A stretch of DNA of 64,000 nt from Takakia lepidozioides (taxonomy: Eukaryota; Plantae; Bryophyta), in contig CM060732.1 of the NCBI GenBank assembly GCA_030704615.1, forward strand, positions 18,166,001 through 18,230,000, written 5' to 3'. Numbering within the stretch: position 1 is the stretch's first letter; every line of letters begins with the position of its first letter. Made by a program: the position numbers and the translations under genes. This document shows positions 48,642-62,212 of this stretch, one piece after another. The notes beneath the pieces were generated by a model. The model searched no databases, was not told the origin of the DNA, and saw nothing but the letters and a program-made list of their open reading frames with translations.

Positions 48642-48875
48642 CCTGGTTGTCTAACATGACAACTCCAGGTGTCACCATGGCGCGCTCAATGGCTGGCCTA
48701 GCTGGCAGCTCCATCAACCTGGCAGCTGCAGCTTGCCATGGCGCCGCCGTGGCAGTCTTGACCCTCAAATCCGAGGATCCCTCCGGCACTACACCTCCCA
48801 CTATCTCCGCAGAAGATGAAGTAACCTCCCCACTCTCACAGAGTGTAGCTGCCAGCCTGAACACCTCAGCTGGTC

Positions 48876-50785
48876 TTACCCCGGCGTCGCAATCATGGTA
48901 GCCGAGAACAATGGAGCCTGGCACACAGATGTGGCCGCTCCTAGCAGCACACTAGCTGCCGTAGCCTTGGCAACACTAGGTAGTGGTGCTACCCGTGTAG
49001 CTCTCCCCAATGGCATAGTAACCTCCGCCTCGGTAACAGTCGGGCGAGAACTAGGTGCCATGGATGGCGTCGACACTGTCTCCGCCAATGTGAATGACTG
49101 AGGAAGCCTAGCCTGACGGCTTGCCTCCCCACGCTGTGGATCCAACTCCACCTCTGCACCTCGTGGCTCAGGAACTCGTGCTGCTCCTCGAGTCACGGCT
49201 GCAGCAGACTCCACCTGCACTAGTGGTAGTGCTGCTCCACACATGAATCCCATGCCTCCCATATCTCCTCCCTCAGGAGCAGGAGGTGGACCATCCGGCC
49301 TTAGAGCCGGTACCACCTGAGCTGTAGCCATGGCAGCGAGCCTCTGCTCTAGCTGCTGAAGCCGGTTGGCCATGCCTTGGTCAACACCCTGACCTCCGCG
49401 TCCTTGGCCATGTTGAGCTTGCCCTTGGCCTCGTGGCTGGCCACCTCGTCCTCTCTGGGCTGCTCCACCTCGCCCCCGGCCACCATTGTTCCCTTGGAAC
49501 TGGCCTGGGCGCAACTCAGGATGCAAACCATAACACTGGGCCTCTCCATGCCCGTGCTTGCCACAATGCCCACACTGCAACTGTGCAGGCTGTGCATGTG
49601 CCGGCCCTTTGCCTCCCTCTGGGCAATCCTTCTTGACATGGGGTCCTCCACATGTCCAGCACACCACATCCGCCCGTTGTTGGCCAGCAAATGAAGGGAG
49701 AGACCCCTGCATCTGAGGTCCTCTCTGCCCTTCCCTGAGCTTCACCTGAGCCCCTTGTTGCCTTGAGCACGTTGAGGTAGTGGTTGGCTAGGAGCACCAC
49801 TACCCCGTGGTGTCTCCTTAGCAAATCCCACCATGACCACTTCGTTCCTCCACCATGTTGAGCTCTATCCGCTCTGCCAGCAAAAACACATTTGCTAAGG
49901 TGGGTTGGGCCGCTTGTAGGAGAGTTGCATCCCGCACCCTTCTCCTCAGCTCCTTGTCCAATATCCCATACCAGAATTGGACTGCCTGAGCTTCCGTAAC
50001 CCCTTGGGTTACATTTATCAAGCGCCTCATGCGAGTGAAAGCCTCCCTCAAGCTCTCGGTCGGCTTCCGTTGGAACTCTTGCAAGCTCCGCAACTTCTCT
50101 GTCCTCACCCCTTGGTAGTTCCCTCTCAACTCTTCGAAGAACTCCACAACAGGGTTGAAGGCAGGCACGGGTGCTAGTGCTGGTGCGGTAGTGGCTTGGG
50201 TGGACGTCGTAGCTACTGTACCACCAGTCCCACTGCTGCTTGCTGAAGCTGCCGGTGCAGCGGCAGGTGTAGCCACTGCCCTCGTGGCTCTAGTGCCCCT
50301 AGTGATGGAGACATAGTCGGGTGACCAGTACATCCTCCACTCCTCGATCTCAACCTCATGCCCCCCCCGCCTGAACTCATGGTAATCATCCATAGGCGGC
50401 CCCTCAAGGTGCTGAAACAGCCCTTCCATGCCATGAAAGGCGTAAATAGTTGTGGATTGCGCATTTGCTGCAAATCACACCAACTATCAAACTCTTGGAT
50501 AAAATCATCCAACTCGATGGTGCCCACCGCCCCAGAGTACCTTCGTGGCCCCTTGGTAGCTCCATACATCTCCTCCATTGTGTCCCCAAACAATGGCAAA
50601 GAAACAACTTGCACCGCCGGTATGAGTCCTCCTGATTCACAATCCGAATCAGAACCTTCCGTAGAAGACACAGGAGGTGAAGGTGGCCTAAACCGCACAC
50701 CTCGTCTCGTGTACCCACTAGTATCGCTAGTGCTCGAACCGGCACTGTCCCCAGCAACTAGTGGCACCTCCGTGTTGACACTCAA
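48876..50785 (-). CDS. Gag with two CCHC-type zinc knuckles, frameshifted
   Basis: LRSLQEFQRKPTESLREAFTRM (major-homology-like); CWTCGGPHVKKDC; CGHCGKHGHGEAQC. Confidence 0.85.
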
Positions 50786-51518
50786 CCGGTCATGAACATG
50801 TCCCTAACCCCCTCTCCACAAGGTAACCGGGTAGAGAACCTGTTGCGGCTTATGGTTTGGAATACTAAGTTCCTAACATAGCCTACACCTGTACCTGCAT
50901 CCACCGCAAGCACTCCTATGGTTGGCTGGTCATCACCTCCAACCTCACCACAGGAGAAACAATGATGGTCTGGCTGGTCATCACCCCAGCCTCACCATCG
51001 ACAGCATGCTCTAGGACTGGCCGGTGATCAAATCCGGACCAATCACCTATAAAAACAAGCGCCCACACAAAACTAGCATGGCGCACAGTCAAGCATGCAG
51101 GTATGGAGGGGATCCAAACACAAGAAATCAGAACGACAACTCCCCCACACCAAAAACAACTCCACGGTGTTGCTCCTGCAAGGACACCCCAGCCCAAACC
51201 CGGACTGACTCTTGCCTCCACCTACGGAAAGGTCTTGGCCTAATGAGAGGTGGAAACTACGAGGAAGAGAAGCTAAAGCAATGCCTAACCCAGCATGCCC
51301 TCATCCCAACACTCTTCCTCTCCTCTCTTCCCTCACTTGCATGACCATGGGAATATCATGAAGATACTCCTCAAACCGCCCTCCACGAGCTTCAAAATTC
51401 GGCCTTCCAACCACATGCCAGTCCTTAGGCAGTCCACCAGTGCCTCCACGAGTCAGCACAGGCCGTCCACAGGTCAACACGGGCCACCACAGACCAGCAC
51501 AGGCCCACACAGCTCACT

Positions 51519-52521
51519 GGTCACAGCCGTCACAATCCCAGGCCAGGGCCCAGCCTGTCATAGCCCTCACAGCCCCACACGCCTGTCACAGCCCCGCACA
51601 CCCCACAGCCCGTCACACAGCTCGCCACATCCCCTCACCCATCAAGCACGGCCCACACAGCCCCTCACAGCCCGTCACAGCCCCAAAGGCCTCAGGCACG
51701 GCTTGTCACAGCCCGTCAAGCCCGTCACAGCCCAAAGGCCATGGGCTCCTGTCACAGGGCCCCACAGCCACTGGGCACAGCCAGTCACACCCCGCACAGC
51801 CCGTCACAGCCCCCACAGGCCACTGGGCATACCTGTCACAGCCCGTCATGGCACAGCCTGTCACAGGCCCCTCACAGCCCCACAGCCCCACAGGCCACTG
51901 GGCACAGCCTGTCACAGCCCCTCACAGCCCCAAAAGCCACGGGCACACCCGTCACATCCCGTCACAGCCCGTCAGCCCCACAGGCCTCAGGCACGGCCTG
52001 TCACAGCCCCTCACAGCCCATCACCCAAACAGCCCCAAAGCCATGGGCACGCCCGTCACAGAGCCCCCACAGGCCTCAGTCACGGCCCTGTCACAGCCCC
52101 AAAGGCCATGGGCACAGCCTGTCACAGCCCCTCACAGCCCGTCACAGCCCCAAATGCCATGGGCACAGCCCGTCACAGCCTCACATGCCACTGGGCACAG
52201 CCTGTCACAGCCCCTCACAGCCCGTCACAGCCCCACAGGCCTCAGGCACGGCCTGACACAGCCCCTCACAGCCCGTCACAGCCCCAAAGGCCTCAGGCAT
52301 GGCCTATCACAGCCCCTCACAGCCCGTCACAGCCTCAAAGGCCTCAGGCACGGCCTGTCACAGCCCCTCACAGCCCATCACAGCCCCAAAGGCCATGGGC
52401 ACAGCCTGTCACAGCCTGTCACAGCCCCTCACAGCCTCAAAGGCCTCAGGCACGGCTTGTCACAGCCCCTCACAGCCCATCATAGCCCCAAAGGCCATGG
52501 GCACAGCCCGTCACAGCCCCA
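51519..52521. repeat. Minisatellite of (G/C)TCACAGCCC 10-mers with a ~50-bp higher-order unit, in the Gypsy 5' leader
   Basis: Repeated CCTGTCACAGCCCCTCACAGCCCGTCACAGCCCCAAAGGCC. Confidence 0.92.
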
Positions 52522-53085
52522 TCCATGGCCGCTCTGGCAGTTTAGCCATTTTTCCAAGGGGTTTAGCCACGCCAAGCTAGGGTTTGTGTCTCTTGGACTC
52601 TAGGCTTCTTTCCACCGAGCTATGGCGGCTGTGAGGAAATCAACAAGGTATTCTTGCTCTATCGGCTCCCACACCACCATAGTAGCCCTAAGCCATGAGG
52701 TGGTTGCCACAAACCAAGCCTTCTTTCTCACTTAGCCTCCCCAAACACGCCACTAAACTCAATGGCAAACAACCAAGCCCTGCTGGTTCCCAGCCCTTGT
52801 GAGCACTCATTCAAGCACTCTCCTTGGCCATAGCATCTGTCTTAGAGCCTATTCCAGCCCCCTACACCTGCTGCTTCAAGAGTTGCGCTCCCTTCAAGCT
52901 TGAAGTTGAAACCCCAACTCACATAGGCCCTACAAGTGCTTTTCTTTCACTCCAAGTGGAAACCAGCCCTAGACCTTCCGTTCTAGCTCTCTAAAGCTTG
53001 AAAACAAGAGCTTCACCAGAGACAATGGTGTGCCCAAGTTGGTTGTTCTGATGCGGAAACTAAGCCAATAGGCTCGTCCATCAAG

Positions 53086-54003
53086 TTGCCAATGTTAGAT
53101 GATTCATACATCGTGGTAGCTATCCGCGAGGAGCTCATCTCCACGATTTGCTTTGTTTGCGACGGCGAAGGTCATGTGCAATCTGACTGTCCCAAAATCA
53201 ACAGGCAAAACATCTCCGACGCTGCCAAGCACCCCTTTCCACAAACAGAAGTAGTTGGCTCCTCATACAAGACTGCTGCTCAGGCCACTCACGCTCCAGT
53301 CACCATGAAATCAGACGTGGAGGTCCCTCATCAGGGCCAGACTTCTAAAATAAGGAAGAGAAACGGAGAGAAGTCCGGGTCGTGGATACACCCAAACCGC
53401 CCATATGATCTACATCATGTCAGAGTGAAGGACGCTTGGGCATCTTTTCCTTTCTCTGAGGAGGAGCTGCAATTTTTGGATAGCACAAGTCTTGCAATTG
53501 CTTTCCTAGAACTGCACACTTTCACCATAAATCCTCTCACTGGATGGGCCCCCGGATCAGCATATGCGCGAGATAGGGCAGCTATTTGTGTAACTCCTCT
53601 GGTTTACACCCTTTCTGACGATTACACAAATTATTGCTTGCCAGAGGACGGGGAGGGTTTCCGCTTTGCATGGGTTTCTAAGCCCCTGGCCAAGGATTTG
53701 GGTGTCGGAAGTGTGAAGGATATCACTCTCTTCCTCACCAGCCAGATCCTCAGGGAGTTCTTCCCCCATATATCTCTATCTCTATCTCACATTCATGACA
53801 TAGGCATCATGGTAGAGAACAATGTTGCCCTTGTCAATTTGGCAGTTATACATGTGCTCCCAATCTTCCATGTTATCGACTTGGGACAGGCCTCAAGCAA
53901 GCCTATCAATGGGGTATGGGTGGACAAATTTGGCTTGTCTTGTAGGGTCAACAACCCTAATGCCTGGGCACGCAGTTCCCTAATCATGGAAGAAGGTATT
54001 TGA
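53086..54003 (+). CDS. 305-aa ORF with an N-terminal CCHC zinc knuckle, unknown function (possibly retroelement-derived chimera)
   Basis: CFVCDGEGHVQSDC. The rest is not recognised. Confidence 0.35.
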   Translation: MPMLDDSYIVVAIREELISTICFVCDGEGHVQSDCPKINRQNISDAAKHPFPQTEVVGSSYKTAAQATHAPVTMKSDVEVPHQGQTSKIRKRNGEKSGSWIHPNRPYDLHHVRVKDAWASFPFSEEELQFLDSTSLAIAFLELHTFTINPLTGWAPGSAYARDRAAICVTPLVYTLSDDYTNYCLPEDGEGFRFAWVSKPLAKDLGVGSVKDITLFLTSQILREFFPHISLSLSHIHDIGIMVENNVALVNLAVIHVLPIFHVIDLGQASSKPINGVWVDKFGLSCRVNNPNAWARSSLIMEEGI

Positions 54004-54243
54004 ATGGTAGCAGAATTGGCAAGTTTGCCAAAGCTCAAAGGCTTGGCAATGCAGGCTGTGCAGGAAGGCAGGAGTGTGGTTTCATCAACAACAAGGAGTT
54101 GGTGATATACAACAACACAGACATGGTGCTCTCCTCCAATGGGGCACACACAGCCTAGCAGGACAGGTGCATGACGAGTGAGGTTGGCACCTACAGGGTA
54201 GCAAAATTATAGTAAGAAATCATAATAAAATGGAATTCTAGCA

Positions 54244-54890
54244 ATGGCAGAGCCGGAGAACCAGTCGAAGGACAACTCCTTGATTCTGGGATTGACAGAC
54301 CATGTGACACTAGAATGCGTTGCACGGGTGCTTCGCTCTTATTATTTACCGTTGAAAGGTGGTTGTAAGAAATGGCATAATGCGCTAGCAGTGGTTGATG
54401 ATGAAGGCCGCAACGATGTCCTTGAGACTCGCAAACGGGTAGAGATCAAGGAGGAATGGGTTTACATATTGGCTGGGCCTGCACACAATGTACAGCCTCA
54501 TAAGTGCACGGAAGTGGTGGGCGTTTGATTCCGTTAGTACGCGTTGGTGTTGTCTGCTTGACTACCCTGTGGAGTATACCTTTGAAGTTTCTGACAAGGA
54601 GTCGGCAGTTACATGAACTCAACTTTTGGTTTGCGGACAGTACCCTAGAGGCTACATGGTATGGAGGTATGATTTAGAACTCAACGAATAGTCTTCAACG
54701 CCAAGAATGATTCAAGATCGATGTCTTTTTGACTCGGCAAATGTGGGCAAATATGTCTATTTGTACTGGAAGTCTTAGCAATAGATGACTCTCAAAGCAA
54801 TCAAGTGCTACAACTCGCTACTTCAAGCATGGGAACCTCTCCCCGATCTCAACATAGCACGGGAAAGGGAGCTAATGGGAAAACAAGGAT
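54244..54890 (+). pseudogene. F-box/kelch-repeat protein pseudogene
   Basis: SLILGLTDHVTLECVARV...CKKWHNAL...RKRVEIKEEWVYILA, followed by decayed kelch-like segments with stops. Confidence 0.75.
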
Positions 54891-57386
54891 AAATGTGAAC
54901 CGCTGGATTTTGGTTGATCAAGGGTAACGATCCCCACTTCCCAAACGGATGAATGACATGGATGATGAGCAACATTCATGAGGACTTAAAACGGCTCATG
55001 TATCAATGTAAGTTGGTCATGTCCCTGGATGGATGAAAGTTACAGATGGATGAAAATTATGAGGAAGAATAAAAATGGATGAAATCAGCGGATGGAACCA
55101 TGGATGGATGACAATGGATGGAGGAAAAACACGTGGTTCGATCTGGTCCGTTCAGGTGGAGGGCGCAGATCTGAAGGATTAAAAAAAATAAAAAATCTTA
55201 TATTAATGGATACTCTAGGGAAAACTAATTAAAAACTTTAACTAGGTGTCGGTGCTTAAATGCACCAGTGGTGATTTATTATTTTTTTGAGAAAGGGATG
55301 GATGATAGCCGTCAAAACAAATGACGGATGGAGGGTGACGGGCTGCTATAAATCAGCCGGCGAAAGGGAGAACACGGACAATCTAGTTCTTATTTCTCTC
55401 GCTCCCTCTCTTCCTCTTCACTCTCTCCCTCTTCGCTCTCTCCCTCTTTGCTCTCTCCCTCTTCGCTCTCTTTCTTCATTTTAGTGTATGCTAGATGTGG
55501 TAGTGAGAGGGTAGTGAAGAAGAAAGGTGTATAGTGAACTGTTTTGGATCAAATATTACAGCCACAAGTCGTTGGGATCAAGGTGCCGTCTTAGTTGAAG
55601 TGAGTAGTGTGGTACACCGAGACGTGCATGATTGAATTAGAGAAGCTTCTTATTGTCTAGATTTCCTTTGAGTTGTTCGTGTACATACCTCTATATAATC
55701 TGATCGGTCGTCCGTACCCTAGCAACTCATATCAGTTCCGTGAGCAGAATTCATCAAACCTGCACCACCAGCGACATCAATTTGGGACTAGTACTCGGGT
55801 GAGCACCGTGTGGGAAGATCTACCTCGAATAGTTGATTAATTTGTATAAGACTACCCTCTATACCTACCTGGAGTTCTATGGAGACAAACTCGAGTCTGA
55901 ATTTCAGATATCCCAGACCATCCTAGATTTACACCGAGCTAAGGGAAACGACCTTGGAAATCTAGCACTCCGAAGCTACAGCCAAATCGTTTTAAAGAAG
56001 TGTCTCGTCTTGGTTGTTTGTTTTCTTTTTCTTCTTTCTTCCCTGTTCTGTTCTCTTCTATCCTTTCCAGGTAACGAGCCTTGGGTACTTGAATTGAAGG
56101 CGGCTGGTCATCAGAATACCGCCCTATCGATTTTCAACTGGGAAGTCATATCAGGATGTGACTTAGTTTGTCTTCTTGTTGGCCCAACACATCAAGTATT
56201 ATTGATTAAATTACTAACTTCAAGCTGAGACCTTAATTAGTGTTTGGATGATCTAGAAGAGGTGCTTATTGAAGCTCATAGAAGGAAGAATGTTAATGGG
56301 AATTTGATTCAAATTTAAGGAAAACAAGTGGTGAGTGCAGAATTAGGAATTTTTGAACAGGGTCAATTCTTGACTACAAAATAGTTTTGTTATTATTACG
56401 AGCAGCCACGATTTGAGCTAAAACCTTTTTATGGACCTTGATTCACAAACTAAATCCAAAATCTTTTGAGTAAAGCTTAGGTTAGAGCTTCTGCTTTACA
56501 GCAAGTAAATTGAAGAATGTAGTAGGGACTTATGAATTTTTGAAAACAGGGAATTCTAACTGCCAGGCCATGTTAAAGAGTGAGATATGACTATTGTGTT
56601 TAAATAACTAAAAGAAACCCTCTTATAACAACATCTCTAGGTTATATTGATGGTTAGTCTGGTAGTTTACACTTCAGGGGTTGGGGTTCAACTCTTGCCG
56701 GCTGCAACGTATTTGGTTTTGCTCATTTGTTCATAACCTTTGTAATAGCCCTATAAGTACTTAGATAGACAGGTTGGCTTTGAATATAACTTGAGGGATT
56801 TGTCGATTAGAGAGGTTACATTCGAGGTTGGGGTTTCGTATCCCAATAGCCGCCACATTGCTTCCCTATAGTTGGTTTTGATTATCTCCTTTTATTTTGG
56901 TTATATTAATATTGTTTGTTGGTCAGAATGATCTAAATAATTATATATTCTTGACTCACCTAAATTAATGGGTACTAGTAAAAACTAAATAAATCAGTAT
57001 CTCTATTTTTGAGCATATACATAAAGTTACTCAAAAATAAAAGAAATAATAAAGTTGGTTAATTGAAATTATTATTTTTGTTGTTTACTGAATAATTAAT
57101 ATTTACACTAGAATATCTCTCCTCTAAAATAACCATAACCTTTTATATCGAGGGTAATTATACATTCGCATTACTGATTTCTGGACTATTATTTTCGTAA
57201 ATACGTCAATGAGTTAGTACTAACTGTTGGTTACAAATTACAAACACAAACACTTATAACATAGAAAATTTATCAATCCACACTAGCAGCACCCTTGGAG
57301 CTAGGCGGCGCCTTCGGGACCTAACCTGGCTCTGTCTAACACGAACCTTAAATAAGTATACAACTGTTAATGGGGTGCATTAATGG

Positions 57387-60253
57387 TTGACAATAACCTT
57401 ACTCAATTCTTCTTACAAAATCATTGCCAAGGCTTTAGCTTTGAGGATTCAACCTTTGCACCCGAAAATTATCAGAAAGGAGCAAACTGGATTCCTCAAA
57501 GACCGTATGATATTGGACAATATTCTTTTGGCCCATGAGGCATTACACAGAGCCACCTTGAACAACCAGCCACTTGCTTTCCTGATGCTTGACTTTGAAA
57601 AAGCTTTTGATTCTATTGACTGGACTTTTCTCTTGGCTGCTTTAGAAAAATCGGGTCTGGAAGGCCACTTTATGTCTTGGGTTTGAATGCTCTTACAGTC
57701 TGCCTCTAGTAGGGTGATGGTGAATGGAGTGATATCCCAATCTTTTCCTATATCCAGGTCGGTGAGGCAAGGCTGTCTCTTGGCACCAGTCCTCTTCTTA
57801 ATTGCTGCAAATTCACTCGGACATTTGTTTGAGGCTAGACATGACATTGTGGGCCTTCATTTACCTACCTATGTGCCAGAAATGGTTAAGCTCTCAATGT
57901 ATGCCGATGATACATCCCTGCTGCTGGACAATTCGACCCGTGACAACATCGACCGTGCTCTTCAAGCCCTGCAAGTTTTTTGCCTAGGCTCGGGACTAAA
58001 AATCAACTTGATGAAGTCCATGGGTCTCCGGAGTCACACACTTTGTTGGGCCACCATATTGGACTTGACTTGTCCCAACAAAGCATAATGCAAAAAGTGA
58101 TCTCTGGGCTGAAAAGATCTTTGGCACACTGGTGTTCCTCCATGCTATCCATTGCTGGAAGGGCACTGGTGGCAAACCAGGTGCTTCTCGCATCTTGCTG
58201 GTTCTCTGCAGCTACATGGGATCCAGGAAAAATCATGGTAAATGAGATTAGAGCATTCATTCGAAATTTCATATGGGGTGCATCCTCACACTCCCAAGTT
58301 AGAAGGGCTCTGATTTCCTGGGAGCAGCTCTGTCAACCGAAAAATAAAATAAAGGCTAGGCCTTTTGGACCCAACGACGCAAATAAAGGCCCTACTGGCC
58401 AAGTGGATTCCTAGAGCTATCAATCACCGACATAGCCCCTGTAGTAACTTTAGTCCAACCATATTTAATGGGCTTCTTCCCCCCTTTGGGCTCACTCTCT
58501 GTATTGGATTGTGCAAGGGAAAAATGCTAATGTGCAGCTCGGATCCCGTCCTTGGCGATCAATCTGGGCAGCTTGGCAGTCCATAAAAGGCAAGCTGATC
58601 CAAAGACCTCCGGTAAGCTTCGCGGAAACATTCAGACAGCCCCTGTTTTGGAATTCCATCATGAACTCAGAGGTGTTGTCCCTTCCCAAGTGGGGCTTCT
58701 GGGAATCTGCTGGTTTCACGCATGTGGGGGCTGCCTGGGAGCAGAATGAGTTTTTGCCCGCCGCTACAACGTCACAATTGGTGGGTACCAGACGTGCCAG
58801 AGCTTGGCCATCTTTGCTGCAGGCACTTCCGGACTACATGTCCCCTCTGCTCAGAACTGGGGAAGACTTGGGGTCTCTGCCAGCCTGGATGGCTTCATCA
58901 AACGACAATGGTAATACAGCTCTGCTTGTGCTCTCCTTGCAGGACCACATTGCCTCGGGAATTGCGTTCTTGGCAGATTGTGAAGGAAGCCTGAGAATCA
59001 TGGGCTCGCTGGATATTCATAAGCAACACTTGTATCCCATTAGAGTGTTGGATGGAAATGGCAACCCCAACCCAACCCCCCCGGCAGGACAGGAAATGCA
59101 ATGGGCCTTGCATTCGGACCTCCTCTGGTTCCTGAACTACCCCCTGGCTTCTTTTCAGTTTGACCCAGGGGAGTGGAGCTGGGCTGATGACAACCACTCC
59201 CCTTTCTTTGCTTACAAGGTCAAGTTAGGTTATTCCCTCTTGAGGCCAACTACATCTTTCTTTTCTAGATGGAGTGAAAAATGGAGGCATCTGAATTTGA
59301 CGCAGGGTGACTGGGAACTCTCAACAACAACACTAACTGTTGTTTGTGTATGGCCCAGCCAAAGTCCATAGAGCACTGTCTGGTAGACTGCCCCTTCCCT
59401 GCCAGAGTTTGGCGAGCTGTTTTGAATTTTTACGCCAATTGGGAGTCTTTCCCATCCCCCCCCCCCACTCTCTGCTGATGCTGAATTTCCTGCCTGCCTG
59501 CTCACATGCATTCTGCTTCCCCTGTATGGGCCAGCCTTAGGGCTTTAACTTTGTGGAACCTTTGGAAAGTGAGATGGTGCGTATGTTTATGAGGGGAAAC
59601 CCCCCAGGGGTAGGTCCGTGCTCTTCTGCATATACCAAGACCTGCTTACTGAGGGGAGAAAAGCTTGGAACACTCTGTGTGCAGCTGTTTCCAGATCTTT
59701 AGAACAACGCGGGAGGCAGCTGCTCGATGACTTTCAACAGTCATGGGGCAAAAATGACACTCTCGGAACCTATCTACCTGTCATGCGGTTTTGCTGGCAA
59801 GTCACTACTCCCACTGCTTGGGATGTCTCCTGGTGATGGAGATGACGAGGACTTCAACTGGAGGCACAAGAAGGCTCGCGTCACAAAGTTTAGAACACAG
59901 TTGCGTTTCTAGTACGTAGCAGTTGGCATTATCTGCAGCCTGGTTCCTGTTTCCAATCGGGGTACTTACAATGTGACAATCTCGTCCCTCTTCACTCTAG
60001 GCTTGGATAATTTTGCTGCTTATCAGCATTCTCCTTGGCACGATTCTCCCCTCTTCTCAACTCGTTACACCATCTGTCTTCTCATTTCTCGGTTTTCTTA
60101 CCTCTTCAGGTAGCTTGTAGGCTATGGTTACGGGGAAGATTCCCCTCTATTAGCCTTACGGCCTCCCTGGTGGTTATTTTTTCCACCTTTTTGTGAACCT
60201 TTTAAAAATTTAATTTGATTAAAAGGGTCTCCGTCCCCTTGTATCTTAAAAAA
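57387..60253 (+). mobile_element. 5'-truncated L1/Tx1-type LINE (RT and C-terminal region), disrupted
   Basis: ITLLNSSYKIIAKALA, QTGF, LDFEKAFD, RQGCLLAP, MYADD, LSIAGRALVANQV. A-rich tail near 60248. Confidence 0.9.
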
Positions 60254-60329
60254 CTAAAACTAAAAATAAAAATAAATTAATAACTCCATTCCGAGTAGCA
60301 GACACGGTAGGGTAAGTTTGAATGCCAAA

Positions 60330-61376
60330 TCCTACATCCCCAAGAAAGCCTACAGGGCCCTCATCCATCCGCTTCCCCTTTCCTCCAAATGGAATGACAA
60401 GTGGGCTCACTGGGGTTTCTCAAATGAAAACTGGGCACCGATATGGTCTTCGATTTGGCTCAAGATTAGGCCAGCCAAAATCTCGGCTGTCCTTTGGCAA
60501 ATCGCAAATAGAGCCCTCAAGGTAGGAGAGTGGCTGCAATTCCATGACGCACTCTTGTGCTCGTGCAGTTCCTCAGGAATCATCGAGACCCACGAGCACT
60601 GCCTACTCACCTGTACTACACCGACTAAAATTTGGCCCTTAATCAAAGTCTTTTACAAACACTGGAGCCTGAACGACATCTCCCCTCTAGACCTCCTCCT
60701 CAACTACAACAGGTCCACCAAGGCAAGATCCTTCCCTTGCCCAGTCTTCGAAACTCTCAGAGCTTCTACCCTGTGGCATTTGTGGCGTGCTAGATGCAAA
60801 ACTTTCAGTGCTGAAACGAGTTCTACCTCGGGTTTACTGTCATTGGTCGACAGTGACCTGCTAACGGAATAAAAAAAAGCTTGGGCGAAATGAGTTGTAG
60901 ATTGCGAGAAGGCCCCCAGGCAAGCGCCCGCAATCCATGCCACTTTTAGATCAACGTGGGCTGCCATGGCGTCGTTTGCCAAAGCAAGATCTCTGTGTTT
61001 GGAACACTCTCCCCCCTCACTGCTGGAGAAACCTCCGAGCTCCACTCCACGGCCTCGCCAGATTTGAGAGAGACGTCAATTGGAAGCACATCAAGCACCC
61101 TGCCACGACCTCCAGGCTTAATTTTCGCTAGTATGATTTCTCGTAGATTAGCTCCTCGATAATCTCGGCTTCATACGGCGTTTTTTTTTGAGGACTCTCT
61201 CATTATTAAGGCTTGGCTTCCTTAGCCAGTTCAATACTGCGCTTTTTTATGCAGGGTTTTTGGTTCCCCCCCACACTGCCTACGGTGTGTAACCCTTACG
61301 GTGTCACTTGGGGTTTTATTTTTTCCCCCGATTTGGTTATAAAATGAGAATTCCTTAAAAAAAAAAAAAAAAAAAA
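60330..61376 (+). mobile_element. 5'-truncated L1-type LINE with poly(A) tail and TSD
   Basis: zf-RVT-like C...ETHEHCLLTC; poly(A) 61357-61376; AATGCCAAA duplicated at 60321-60329 and 61375-61383. Confidence 0.88.
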
Positions 61377-62212
61377 TGCCAAACGTTTTGTAAAAGCATA
61401 CAAGGGCAGAGACCTAATAATAAGCTGGGGTGGCTATGGCGGAGTTGCGTGGATTGGTGTGCGGAGGGCTTGAGTGATGGAGCACACATGCATGCGAGGT
61501 ACCTAGGCTAGGTGTTTCACAGAGCGGACAGTCTCGCCACCTTCCTTTGCGGTGGAGGATTGGTGGTGCATGCGGAGTAGGTATTTTAGGGTTTTAGAGA
61601 TGAAGGGAGTGCTGCTGCTGGTGCACCGCGGTCGTTGATTCACGTCATCATCATCACGAGTGGTGCAGTACGGGAGAGCAGCAGATGATGAGTATGCCGA
61701 TGCCACCTCGGTTGTTGGAGCGCGGGAGGGAGCGCGTACCATCGTTTGGCCGTGTTCTTTTGCACAGCGTTCCGCACTCTCTTGCCCATCCTCAAGCACT
61801 GCGTATGGAAGCAGGGCCTCCTCTTCATCGCCAATATGCTCGGCATCCTCGTTTTGATTTTGAAGAAGGCGAATCGCGGGCAGTGATGTCGATGCAACAA
61901 TCTGGGGCGCCTATGATCATTACCAACACTGTACCAGGGACTCTCGAACCCTGGGATCCTCAAGCACTTGCAGCCTATCGTCATAGAACTCTAATTGCAC
62001 AACACCGTGCTCCACAGAGGGTCCAGCCAGTAGAGTGGGAGGGGCCTGTTCAGATTCGCCATTCGCCAACTACCAGCGCTTGTCCCCCAGGCTTCGAGGC
62101 CAACATGCACGTGAGCGATGCATCACCGGCGCTTCTTCGGCTCCGCCCTGCCGTGACTTTTAGTAGGACGGAACTCCTGGATTACAAGCACAATTTGAGT
62201 AGGGTGGAGAGG

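Larger units (their letters stand above)
42657..53000 (-). mobile_element. Ty3/Gypsy LTR retrotransposon, gag-PR-DNMT-RT-RH-INT-PHD (5' LTR not found; 5' boundary approximate)
   Basis: Domain order RT-RH-INT is Ty3/Gypsy. Individual motifs are listed in the domain features. Confidence 0.9.

Noticed and set aside
51295-52603. 396-aa and 387-aa Pro/His/Ser-rich ORFs
   Set aside because: They arise from a stop-free minisatellite open in all plus frames, antisense to the retrotransposon.
53070-53100. Primer-binding site and 5' LTR of the Gypsy element (minus-strand TGGCAACTTGATGG)
   Set aside because: It is not a tRNA complement I recognise, and the adjacent sequence does not match the 180-bp repeat.
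55130-57330. Helitron or LTR element (TATA plus CT-rich leader, GC hairpin near CTAG at ~57283-57323)
   Set aside because: The hairpin is imperfect, and no matching second terminus, TSD or coding remnant was found.
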